Positions 8,492-16,714 of a stretch of 64,000 nt of DNA are shown here, piece by piece (within the stretch, counting starts at the first letter, position 1; each line of letters begins with the position of its first letter). The notes beneath the pieces are model-generated. The model saw nothing but the letters and a program-made list of their open reading frames with translations. It made no database searches and was not told where the DNA came from. This DNA comes from an uncultured Gammaproteobacteria bacterium (lineage in GTDB: Bacteria > Patescibacteriota > Patescibacteriia > Magasanikbacterales > UBA922): NCBI GenBank assembly GCA_964522435.1, contig CAZFUL010000001.1, forward strand, positions 188,278 through 252,277, read 5' to 3'. A program made the translations under genes and the position numbers.

Positions 8492-9793
8492 ATGACTCAT
8501 TATCGTATTCGTGGCGGAAAACCATTACAAGGGAGTATTTCTGTTAGTTCAGCAAAAAATTCAGCAGTAGCGATATTATGTGCGTCAGTATTGGTACGTA
8601 ATACGGTTACGTTGTATGACATGCCTCGTATTCAAGAAGTTGATCGTATTTTAGAATTGCTCGATAGTATTGGCGTGCGTTCTCATTGGCAAGATGACAC
8701 AACACTTGTTATTGATAGCCGTGCTGCGCTAACGCTCAATACCATAAACAAACAAGCTTGTCGTCGTACGCGCGCATCGCTTATGTTGCTTGGGGCGCTT
8801 GCTGGGCAAGTACCGTCATATAAACTCTATAAGTCTGGTGGCTGCAAATTAGGAGAAAGAACGGTTCGTCCGCATCTGTATGCTTTGCAGCATTTTGGTG
8901 TTTCTGTTGTCTCAAAAAATTTGTATTATGAAGTAAAAAATAAACCGCTCAAAGCGGCTGATTTTGTCATGTATGAATCAGGAGACACCCCTACGGAAAA
9001 TGCAATTATGGCAGCCGTATATGCGCCAGGAAAAAGTGTGATTCGTTTTGCGTCATCTAATTATCAAATTCAAGACCTGTGTCACTTTTTAGTAAAAGCA
9101 GGAGCAAAGATTGAGGGCATTGGTACAACTACGCTTACCATTACCGGTGTGAAAAAATTAAAGGCAGTCAGTTTTCATATCATGAAAGATCCGATTGTTG
9201 CGATGACCTGGATTTCTTTGGCAGTTACTACCGCCTCTCCCTTAACGATTAACGATTGTCCATTGGATTTTTTGGAATTAGAATTAGAAAAATTACGCGT
9301 CATGGGACAACGCTTTACGCTTTCAAAAGTAACCACAGGGGCAGAAGGACATTTTCGTATGGTGAATATTACCATTATTCCTTCGGAGTTAACTGCGTTA
9401 CCTGATAAAATTTATGGACGACCATTTCCTGGATTGAATATTGATAATCTTCCATTATTTGTCCCCATATTAACCCAAGCAAAAGGTCGCACCTTGGTAC
9501 ATGATTGGGTGTATGAAAATCGGGCAATTTATTATATAGAATTGCAAAAGTTAGGTGCAAAAATATTTTTGGTTGACCCACATCGGGTGTTTGTAGAAGG
9601 AAAAACAGAACTTCAAGGAAATGAACTTATGTGTCCGGAAGGGCTACGTCCTGCTATGGTGGTATTAATTGGTATGATTGCGGCTAAAGGTGAGTCACTC
9701 TTGAGAAACTGTTATATGATTGAGCGAGGCTATGAGCACATTGTAGAGACACTGCGTGCTGTTGGGGTAGATATTGAAGAAGTAACATCCTAA
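8492..9793 (+). CDS. murA: UDP-N-acetylglucosamine 1-carboxyvinyltransferase
   Basis: 433 aa, EPSP-synthase fold. N-terminus 'YRIRGGKPLQGSISVSSAKNSAVAIL' is typical of MurA. Confidence 0.85.
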   Translation: MTHYRIRGGKPLQGSISVSSAKNSAVAILCASVLVRNTVTLYDMPRIQEVDRILELLDSIGVRSHWQDDTTLVIDSRAALTLNTINKQACRRTRASLMLLGALAGQVPSYKLYKSGGCKLGERTVRPHLYALQHFGVSVVSKNLYYEVKNKPLKAADFVMYESGDTPTENAIMAAVYAPGKSVIRFASSNYQIQDLCHFLVKAGAKIEGIGTTTLTITGVKKLKAVSFHIMKDPIVAMTWISLAVTTASPLTINDCPLDFLELELEKLRVMGQRFTLSKVTTGAEGHFRMVNITIIPSELTALPDKIYGRPFPGLNIDNLPLFVPILTQAKGRTLVHDWVYENRAIYYIELQKLGAKIFLVDPHRVFVEGKTELQGNELMCPEGLRPAMVVLIGMIAAKGESLLRNCYMIERGYEHIVETLRAVGVDIEEVTS

Positions 9794-9805
9794 TAATTTT
9801 TCTCT

Positions 9806-11086
9806 ATGGAGCCTACCGTATCACCATCTCGATTTCGTGTTGTTGCAATGATTGTTGCTTTTCTTCTTGTGTTTGGCGTTGGTGTTTTTGTTGGTCATGG
9901 TGGGTATGTATACAAACAAATCACCAATTCAGAAGAAGTCGTGCAAATAGATAAAGTAATTGATTTATATCAAAAAAGTCGCTCGGACGAAGTGAGTTTT
10001 ACGCAATTTTGGAATGTATGGAATTTAGTAAAAGATAAATATGTGACTCAGCCAGTAAACGAAGTAGATTTGTTTTACGGCGCAATACAAGGCATGGTTG
10101 CGGGCTTACAGGATCCACATTCTATTTACTTTCCTCCAAAAGATGCCGAAGCATTTACGGCTGACTTAACAGGTACGTTTGAAGGTATTGGGGCAGAAAT
10201 TGGTATTAGAGAGGATCAATTAGTGGTTATTGCACCACTCCCGTCTTCTCCTGCAGAACAAGCAGGACTACAAGCCGGTGATATTATTATTGCTATTGAT
10301 GCCACCTCTACCATTGGCTTGTCAGTGGACGAAGCCGTGCAACATATTCGTGGACCAGGAGGAACTACGGTTACCCTCTCGGTGATTCGTGGAAAAGAAA
10401 CAGCGGTTCGCGACATTGCTATTGTTCGCGGTACCATTGATGTGCCGTCTGTGGTGTGGGAAGAAAAAGAAAAAGGATTGGCCTATGTGCGTATTAGTTA
10501 TTTTAATGAAGAAACGCATCTTGATTTTTTTGATGTACTTGATGAACTGCTTGAAAAAAATCCGCGAGGAATTATTTTGGATTTACGCAGTAATCCAGGA
10601 GGATATTTGCATAGTTCTATATTGGTTGCGAGTGAATGGATTTCAGAGGGAACGGTGGTAAAAGAAATTTTTAAAGATGGAGAAGAAAAAACATATCCAA
10701 CGCGAGGCATGCATCGCTTAGCAAATATGCCAACAGTGGTGTTGGTTGATGGGGGCACTGCTTCTGGTGCTGAAATTGTTGCTGGTGCACTACAAGATCA
10801 CGATAAGGCAACGATTATTGGTATGCAAACCTTTGGGAAAGGCTCTGTACAAACATTTGATGTGTTACCTGATGGTTCTGCCTTAAAATTAACTATTGCG
10901 AAATGGTTAACGCCAGATAACCGTCGTATTGATGGAGAAGGATTAACACCAGACATTGTTATGGAAGAATTATTTATTGAAGATCTTAGTCTGGAACAAG
11001 GAATTCGGGATATTGGATTAGAAAAAGCAACAGAAATACTTCTTGGTTCTATTACCCAACAGAGCGCTGTATCACGCGTGGAATAA
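9806..11086 (+). CDS. ctpA: C-terminal processing peptidase (S41) with PDZ domain
   Basis: 426 aa with an N-terminal TM. A PDZ segment is followed by an S41 catalytic region ('GGTASGAEI', 'FGKGSVQ'). Confidence 0.75.
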   Translation: MEPTVSPSRFRVVAMIVAFLLVFGVGVFVGHGGYVYKQITNSEEVVQIDKVIDLYQKSRSDEVSFTQFWNVWNLVKDKYVTQPVNEVDLFYGAIQGMVAGLQDPHSIYFPPKDAEAFTADLTGTFEGIGAEIGIREDQLVVIAPLPSSPAEQAGLQAGDIIIAIDATSTIGLSVDEAVQHIRGPGGTTVTLSVIRGKETAVRDIAIVRGTIDVPSVVWEEKEKGLAYVRISYFNEETHLDFFDVLDELLEKNPRGIILDLRSNPGGYLHSSILVASEWISEGTVVKEIFKDGEEKTYPTRGMHRLANMPTVVLVDGGTASGAEIVAGALQDHDKATIIGMQTFGKGSVQTFDVLPDGSALKLTIAKWLTPDNRRIDGEGLTPDIVMEELFIEDLSLEQGIRDIGLEKATEILLGSITQQSAVSRVE

Positions 11087-11098
11087 GAAAAACAGGCT

Positions 11099-11452
11099 AT
11101 GTTTTCAGGAACGGTTATCCATGGTGATCACTATGGGAGACAATTAGGATATAGAACAGCAAATTTGAATATAGCTCCCCTGGAGACCGGTTGTGTCCAA
11201 GGGGTTTATGCTGCTTATGCCTGGCATACCAACACTAAGCATGAGGCTGCATTGGTTATTGATATGCGTCGCCAAAAGGTAGAAGTGCATTTACTTGATG
11301 TAGAAAAAGAGCTGTATGGCGACGAATTGCGAGTAGAACCGATTGAATGGATAGATGACTTGTATGATTTAAAAACAGAAGAAGAACTACGTCATAAAAT
11401 TGCTGAAAATATAAGAGCTGTGAGGGACGTATTTATCAAACCTAATGCATGA
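11099..11452 (+). CDS. ribF: riboflavin kinase (monofunctional; no FAD-synthetase domain)
   Basis: 117 aa. 'GDHYGRQLGYRTANL' matches the flavokinase GxxxGRxLGxPTAN motif. No N-terminal FMN adenylyltransferase domain is present. Confidence 0.7.
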   Translation: MFSGTVIHGDHYGRQLGYRTANLNIAPLETGCVQGVYAAYAWHTNTKHEAALVIDMRRQKVEVHLLDVEKELYGDELRVEPIEWIDDLYDLKTEEELRHKIAENIRAVRDVFIKPNA

Positions 11453-12069
11453 CGACTATGTATAGCGGTATTATTCAGACAACTCAGCCAGTGGTATCTA
11501 TAGACGAACAAGATCAGCTTCGGCGTATTGGTATTCAATTTTCTGCAGCAGCATTGCAGGGGCTTATACTTGGTGCAAGTGTGTCTGTTGATGGTGTGTG
11601 TTTAACGGTCGCCGCGATAGAGAAAGAAATCGTGTTTATGGATGTGATGATAGAGACCCTACGCAAAACTACCTTAGGCGAATTGACTATTGGTCAAAAA
11701 GTAAATATTGAACGCTCATTAAAAATGGGTGATGAAATAGGTGGCCACCAGATGGCAGGTCATGTGTATGGTACAGCGACCATTTCTGAAAAACGCGATG
11801 AAGGAAAAACCGTTATTATGACCTTTCATGTTCCTGTGGAATGGATGAAATATATTGTGGAAAAAGGGTTTATTGCCGTAAACGGCGTGAGTTTAACCGT
11901 GAGCTATGCCAATAATACCGCGGGTACGTTTCAGGTATATTTTATTCCCGAAACCATTGCACGCACGAGTTTTGCTCATAAACAAGTGGGGGATAGGGTG
12001 AATATTGAAATTGACCATATGACGCAGGTGATGGTAGAAACTGTGGAGCGTATCATGAAGCAGCAGTAA
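11449..12069 (+). CDS. ribE: riboflavin synthase alpha subunit
   Basis: 206 aa. Duplicated lumazine-binding repeats 'MYSGIIQ' and 'GASVSVDGVCLTV'. ATGA overlap with the upstream gene. Confidence 0.8.
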   Translation: MTTMYSGIIQTTQPVVSIDEQDQLRRIGIQFSAAALQGLILGASVSVDGVCLTVAAIEKEIVFMDVMIETLRKTTLGELTIGQKVNIERSLKMGDEIGGHQMAGHVYGTATISEKRDEGKTVIMTFHVPVEWMKYIVEKGFIAVNGVSLTVSYANNTAGTFQVYFIPETIARTSFAHKQVGDRVNIEIDHMTQVMVETVERIMKQQ

Positions 12070-12146
12070 TGTTTTCGTTTTTTCATCTGTAAAACAGCCT
12101 ATGCAAGGCCATGAACATGCATTGTTTTGTACTCAATAAATTTTTA

Positions 12147-12911
12147 TTACTCTCGATAGCCCAAAATCTGCCGTACCGCAGATTTTATTTTATCTGAAAA
12201 ACTGCCAGCAAGAATCCATTCTAAGTATCCTGGATCATTTAATGCCAATTCTTGTAAGGTTTTTCCTTTGTTTTTTCCAAAATTAATGACCAACTTTCCA
12301 TCAATCATGCGCAGTTTCCCTTCTGCATCATAGGCATTGGGATCTTTTGGGTAACAGGCCAGATATAATTCTTCTACATTTTTAGGGAGATCTGGGTAGG
12401 CGGCAAGTTGTCCATAGAGCACTTCCAGAGAGGCGCGGGTATCAGCCATAGCGTTATGTGCGTTGGTATGCGTTTTTCCACAATATTTTTCGTAGGCTGC
12501 TTCTAAGGTACGCGGTTCTTTGATACGAAAAATTTGCATCGGGTCAATAACTGCAAGTTGCTCTGTATCTAATACAATACCCACGCGGTGAAATTCTTGT
12601 TGTAATAGCGGAATGTCAAAATTTTTTACATTGTAGCCACCAATATCCGCATCAGCAAAAATACGAACTAACTCTTGTGCAATGTCTCCCAGTCGTGGGG
12701 CGGTTTTTACCATCTCATCACTAATGCCATGAATCGCGGTTACTTCTTTGGGAATAGGAATACCTGGGTTAATCAACCATTGTTGTTCTTCTTCTGTTCC
12801 ATCTGGAAATAATTTAATAATAGCAATTTGTACAATTCTATCTTCAAACGGGTTCACGCCGGTTGTTTCGAGATCAAAAAAAACAAGGGGGCGTTTTAGG
12901 GTAATATTCAT
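12147..12911 (-). CDS. DnaQ-like 3'-5' exonuclease (DEDDh family)
   Basis: Start moved to the internal ATG at 12911 (MNITLKRPLVFFDLETTG) so it does not overlap ribH. Exo I motif 'FDLETTG' and 'HNAHNAMADT' are present. Confidence 0.7.
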   Translation of the reverse strand: MNITLKRPLVFFDLETTGVNPFEDRIVQIAIIKLFPDGTEEEQQWLINPGIPIPKEVTAIHGISDEMVKTAPRLGDIAQELVRIFADADIGGYNVKNFDIPLLQQEFHRVGIVLDTEQLAVIDPMQIFRIKEPRTLEAAYEKYCGKTHTNAHNAMADTRASLEVLYGQLAAYPDLPKNVEELYLACYPKDPNAYDAEGKLRMIDGKLVINFGKNKGKTLQELALNDPGYLEWILAGSFSDKIKSAVRQILGYRE

Positions 12912-12954
12912 AGAGTAATACAAAGGGAAACAGGGAGGACTGTTTCGATAACGA

Positions 12955-13422
12955 TTAAGAGAGTGATTGTCTTTTAAGTAATGCCATGTGTACGGCACTT
13001 TGTCCCCAAAGTATACCATGGTTTTCTTTTCCCTGAGAGCGTTTTTTTGCTTGTTGTTCTGTAAGGCAGGTTAATACCCCAAAAATAACCGGGACGTCTT
13101 CATCCACATTGAGTTCCATAACGCCATTTGCTACCGCTTGTGCAATAACCTCAAAATGCAGGGTTTCTCCTTTAATCAAACAGCCTAACACGACAATCGC
13201 ATCAAAAGACTCTGTTTCTATTAATGTGCGTGCGGCAAAAGGAAGTTCAAATGCGCCGGGTACATCAATAATACTGATATGTTTTGCTTTTACCTTGTTT
13301 TGTTTGAGCGCTTGTTTACAGCCCCGCAAGAGTTTATTGGTGATATCACTATTCCAATTGGCAACCACAATGCCAATACGGAGGCTTGATCCGTCTTGAG
13401 GAGAAAAAGAAATGGTTTTCAT
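12955..13422 (-). CDS. ribH: 6,7-dimethyl-8-ribityllumazine synthase
   Basis: 155 aa. 'LRIGIVVANWN' and overall lumazine-synthase signature. Confidence 0.85.
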   Translation of the reverse strand: MKTISFSPQDGSSLRIGIVVANWNSDITNKLLRGCKQALKQNKVKAKHISIIDVPGAFELPFAARTLIETESFDAIVVLGCLIKGETLHFEVIAQAVANGVMELNVDEDVPVIFGVLTCLTEQQAKKRSQGKENHGILWGQSAVHMALLKRQSLS

Positions 13423-13479
13423 ATTTGGGTGATTATCTATATATGTTTACGTTTATTGCTACAGAGTAAAAACTTAGTA

Positions 13480-13603
13480 CGTCATTGCGAGGAGTGACCA
13501 TAGGGAACGCCGAAGCAATCTCTAATAGAGGGTTATACATCCTATGATGTAATTCACTCTATTAGAGATTGCTTCGCTTCACTTCGTTACGCTCGCAATG
13601 ACG
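13480..13603. repeat. nested palindromic repeat R2, copy 1
   Basis: Outer inverted arms 'cgtcattgcgag/ctcgcaatgacg'. Inner 19-20 bp arms 'gaagcaatctctaatagag/ctctattagagattgcttc'. Same arms recur at 38405..38515; a half-site is at 36900..36911. Confidence 0.7.
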
Positions 13604-13677
13604 GTGGGCGAGGACGGTAATGACATAGCGTTATGCCATGACGACGGTATAGGTGACTGTCCATTAACATCCCTCCC

Positions 13678-13706
13678 TTGACAAAAAGGCGCTTGTGATG
13701 TAGGGT
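13678..13706 (+). promoter_or_regulatory. sigma70-like promoter TTGACA-N17-TAGGGT
   Basis: Perfect -35 with a 17-nt spacer; the -10 matches 3 of 6. It drives the short plus-strand transcript below. Confidence 0.35.
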
Positions 13707-13713
13707 CTTTTCC

Positions 13714-13930
13714 AGACCACCCACCGCTCGCCGAGCGGAAGGGGGATGGTCTTTTCACAGACGTTCAACCCGAGCCGAAAGGAGGCTTCCCATGAAACGC
13801 ATGCATCATCACATGTAATTGCTCATCGAGGGCCACCGCGTCTGGGAGGGGGGCTGCCGCACTTGCTGCAGCTCCCCTCCACCCATACAAGAGATTAACA
13901 GCACCAGATACACAAAGAGCACTGGTGCTT
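13714..13930 (+). ncRNA. candidate small RNA or leader transcript carrying an 8-codon ORF (MKRMHHHM)
   Basis: Promoter, then a structured GC-rich 5' region, then GGAGG 6 nt before ATG at 13792 (ORF 13792..13818). A 13-bp GC hairpin (13845..13880) and a plus-oriented intrinsic terminator follow. There is no downstream plus-strand gene. Confidence 0.3.
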
Positions 13931-13940
13931 TTTTATTTTA
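13900..13940 (+). terminator. plus-strand intrinsic terminator
   Basis: 'agcaccag...ctggtgct' hairpin followed by TTTTTTATTTT. The T-run overlaps the convergent cysS stop codon. Confidence 0.6.
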
Positions 13941-15308
13941 TAGAGTACTCACTTTTTGTCCATCAGCAGTATCTTCAACCGCATAACCCAGTTCTGCAAT
14001 GGCGTCGCGTAAACGGTCACTTTCTTGCCAATCTTTGGCGTCCCGAGCTGCTTGGCGTTCTGCTAATAAAGATTCTACTTCTTCAGAAAGAATAATGGTT
14101 TGTTCTTGCGCTGGGGTATGTAATTGTAAGCCAAAAACTTTATCAAATTCAATGACCATCGTCATGTCAATGCGTTGGTCTTTTAATGCCCGCCATAACA
14201 AGGCAACCGCTTCCGGCATGTTTAAATCATCATTAATTACCTGAGTAAATTCTTCACGCAGCTGCGGATCTCCGGGTGCATGATCAGCAATATCTGTTAT
14301 CGCTTTGCGTAAACGAGTAAGTGCTGTTTGTGCTGCGTCTAAGGCTTCCCAAGAAAAGGTAATTTGTTTGCGATAGTGTGATTGCAGTAAAAAGTAGCGA
14401 TAGGCGAGTGGTTCTATCCCTCGTTCTTTTATTGTTGAAAGGGTAATAAAATTATTTCCTGATTTTGCCATTTTTTCTCCAGTGCCTGTATTTAAAAATT
14501 CGTTATGGAGCCAATAATTTACCCAAGGTTTTTTGCCAGTCACTGCCTCGCTTTGCGCAATTTCATTGGTGTGGTGTACAGGTTTATGATCAATGCCCCC
14601 ACAGTGGATATCAAAATGATCGCCCAAATATTTCATACTCATAGCAGAACATTCTATATGCCAGCCAGGAAACCCTTTGCGGTAAAATGCGTCCCATGCC
14701 ATTTGGCGTTGTTCACCCTCTTTACTAAATTTCCATAAGGCAAAATCATGGGGATGTTTTTTGTCTCCCATATCCACGCGTGCACCCGGCTGTAATGCTT
14801 GTTTTTGCAGATTCACCAGCTTGCCATAATCTTTAATAGTGGTGGTATCAAAATAAATCCCATCAGTCGTTTCATAGGCATGACCTTTTTCCAAAAGTCT
14901 TTCTACAATTGCTATTTGTTCAGGAATATGGTCTGTTGCCTTTGGCATGATATTGGGTTCAAGAATATTCAAATCATCCATATCGTTAAGGAATGCTTCC
15001 GTATAAAAAGCAGCCACATCCCAAGCACTTTTCCCTTCGCGGCGAGCGCCTTTTTCCATTTTATCTTCGCCCTCATCTGCGTCGTCGGTTAAATGTCCTA
15101 CATCAGTAATATTCATAACATGGGTTATTTCATACCCATTATAACGAAGCACGCGACGCAAGATATCTTCAAAAATAAAACTGCGTAAATTCCCAATATG
15201 CGCATAGTGGTACACGGTTGGGCCACAAGTATAGAGCCCAACTTTCCCTGGGGTAATAGGGGTAAAGGTTTCTTTTTTCTTTGTAAGGGAGTTATAGAGA
15301 GTAAGCAT
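13938..15308 (-). CDS. cysS: cysteinyl-tRNA synthetase
   Basis: Start set at the internal ATG at 15308 ('MLTLYNSLTKKKETF'). HIGH motif 'HIGN' and KMSKS motif 'KMAKS' are present. Confidence 0.85.
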   Translation of the reverse strand: MLTLYNSLTKKKETFTPITPGKVGLYTCGPTVYHYAHIGNLRSFIFEDILRRVLRYNGYEITHVMNITDVGHLTDDADEGEDKMEKGARREGKSAWDVAAFYTEAFLNDMDDLNILEPNIMPKATDHIPEQIAIVERLLEKGHAYETTDGIYFDTTTIKDYGKLVNLQKQALQPGARVDMGDKKHPHDFALWKFSKEGEQRQMAWDAFYRKGFPGWHIECSAMSMKYLGDHFDIHCGGIDHKPVHHTNEIAQSEAVTGKKPWVNYWLHNEFLNTGTGEKMAKSGNNFITLSTIKERGIEPLAYRYFLLQSHYRKQITFSWEALDAAQTALTRLRKAITDIADHAPGDPQLREEFTQVINDDLNMPEAVALLWRALKDQRIDMTMVIEFDKVFGLQLHTPAQEQTIILSEEVESLLAERQAARDAKDWQESDRLRDAIAELGYAVEDTADGQKVSTL

Positions 15309-15322
15309 AGGGGGGTAATGAG

Positions 15323-15351
15323 TTGACAAAAAGGGGAAAGGTCTATATACT
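15323..15351 (+). promoter_or_regulatory. consensus sigma70 promoter TTGACA-N17-TATACT
   Basis: Exact -35 at 15323..15328, a 17-nt spacer, TATACT at 15346..15351. It sits just outside the cysS start. Confidence 0.55.
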
Positions 15352-15387
15352 GGCGGCTTCCGAAAACCTGGAAAAGGGGAGATTTCC

Positions 15388-15759
15388 ATGAACACGCCTG
15401 TCATTGCTGAAGTTCGTATCTTTACTGTGCCTGAATCGGGTGCTGCCTTTATCGCTCGGATGCAAGCGATCGGTAAGACCATTGCAGGAGATGGTGGTAT
15501 CGAAAACGTGGTGGTTATTCACCCAGGACCATTATTTGGTCTTACCAGGTGGCTTGGGATACCTACTGGCACGCATGTCGAAGCCGTGAGCTGCCTGCTT
15601 CGCCCGGGATATGAGTTTCTTTGGGAAGTTCCAGAGCAACGATGGTTTCTGAAGAATTTGATTCGCAGTCTTTTGAAAAGCGGGAAAGGAGTAGTTCTCC
15701 TGATTCCGCCTTCCTACGAGCGGCGAGTAAGCCAGCTGGTATTGCCATTTTTATATTAA
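15388..15759 (+). CDS. hypothetical protein in a G+C-rich islet (123 aa)
   Basis: ATG is preceded by 'aaggggag'. The sequence is protein-like: 'MNTPVIAEVRIFTVPESGAAFIARMQAIGKTIAGDGGIENVVVIHPGPLFG'. Codon usage is rich in C/G-ending codons, unlike neighbours. No family recognised. Confidence 0.45.
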   Translation: MNTPVIAEVRIFTVPESGAAFIARMQAIGKTIAGDGGIENVVVIHPGPLFGLTRWLGIPTGTHVEAVSCLLRPGYEFLWEVPEQRWFLKNLIRSLLKSGKGVVLLIPPSYERRVSQLVLPFLY

Positions 15760-15973
15760 GGAGCAAAGGTCGCTCTGGCGTTGGTTTGGGGGAACCAGCG
15801 CCGAGCCCCCAACCATACCATGTATATATTGTGAAATGTCCTATAATAAGGACTTTTTTTAATTGTATCTGTTCTATGAAGAAGAGTAAAGAGGGGTTTT
15901 CTTCGTTAGCTGAGTTGTCTTCGTTGACTAGACTCGCAAAGAGGAAACATATGGGGTAATGTACCTATGAGCG

Positions 15974-16002
15974 TTGACAGAAACAAAAAGTAGAACTATA
16001 CT
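15974..16002 (+). promoter_or_regulatory. consensus sigma70 promoter TTGACA-N17-TATACT
   Basis: Exact -35 at 15974..15979, a 17-nt spacer, TATACT at 15997..16002, about 30 nt before the ATG at 16034. Confidence 0.55.
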
Positions 16003-16033
16003 CTTTTTCCACTTTCAAACAGAGGTAAGAACC

Positions 16034-16603
16034 ATGATTATCATCGTTCCTGTTGATGTAAATCTGAAGTGCGAACCTGAGGCTCGCAATATGGTCCATC
16101 CCACCATTGTACGGCGTATCAATGCGCTCTGCCTGTGGTTGGAGAGCCAGGCGTTTTCTCAGGTACGCGTGGTACATACGAAGCAAACGGCTGAATTTGC
16201 TGATTTGCTCCTGGCGCGGGTCAAGCGTCTGCCCGATCCGCAGAAGATCGAGTTGCAGGAAGATCATCGCTTGGTGGGGATTCCTCAGGAAGGAAGCCCC
16301 ACCTGCAACCTTGGTCAGGAGTTTAGCCAGGTCCTTGAGACCTTGGTGCTGCTCGTGCCCATCGATGTGTTGGTGCTGACCCTGCATCAGTTTGGCTGGA
16401 AGGCTCCGTTCCCCGAGTTGGGAGAACACATCTTTGGACAGCTGGGCATCACCAATGCGGCAACGAGCCGCTGGATTGATTACCGGCCCTGTCTTTTTGG
16501 GCAGGAAGCGAAACAATTGCTTCCACCGCCCCCAGCTGAAGAAATCATTCTCCCCGAGGGAGAAGCGCGGCGGGCGCAAGAAGGGCAGGGTGTAGGAAAG
16601 TGA
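16034..16603 (+). CDS. hypothetical protein in a G+C-rich islet (189 aa from the internal ATG)
   Basis: Start chosen at MIIIVPVDVNLK, with GAGG about 10 nt upstream. The plus-strand frame is the most protein-like of the overlapping ORFs. No family recognised. Confidence 0.4.
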   Translation: MIIIVPVDVNLKCEPEARNMVHPTIVRRINALCLWLESQAFSQVRVVHTKQTAEFADLLLARVKRLPDPQKIELQEDHRLVGIPQEGSPTCNLGQEFSQVLETLVLLVPIDVLVLTLHQFGWKAPFPELGEHIFGQLGITNAATSRWIDYRPCLFGQEAKQLLPPPPAEEIILPEGEARRAQEGQGVGK

Positions 16604-16654
16604 ACAATCGCGGCTTGGGACTGGAGACCCCGAGCCGCCTTCCAATGATTAAAT

Positions 16655-16684
16655 AAAAACCCCGATTGAATCGGGGTTTTTTTA
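16655..16684. terminator. bidirectional intrinsic terminator
   Basis: 'aaaaaccccgattgaatcggggttttttt'. The same hairpin sequence recurs at 49401..49428. Confidence 0.65.
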
Positions 16685-16714
16685 TTGAAGATTATATAGC
16701 GCCTGTGAATTGTC

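Noticed and set aside
13640-13930. RNase P RNA, tmRNA, SRP RNA or FMN riboswitch in the G+C-rich cysS-ribH spacer
   Set aside because: None of the universal blocks were found on either strand. Blocks sought: RNase P 'GGAAAGTCCGGGCTCC'; tmRNA 'GGTTCGA.TCC...CCACCA' end and tag frame; SRP 'GGTCCGGAAGGAAGCAGC'; FMN 'GGATTCAGTT'. Only vague resemblance, so left as an unclassified candidate RNA.
15563-16645. Overlapping ORFs 15563..15766 (-), 15621..15959 (+), 15965..16645 (-), 16107..16379 (+), 16392..16595 (+)
   Set aside because: Stop-poor frames of G+C-rich DNA. Translations are low-complexity (Arg/Ser/Pro/Gly runs) and lack SD/start context. Only the two promoter-led plus-strand genes were kept.
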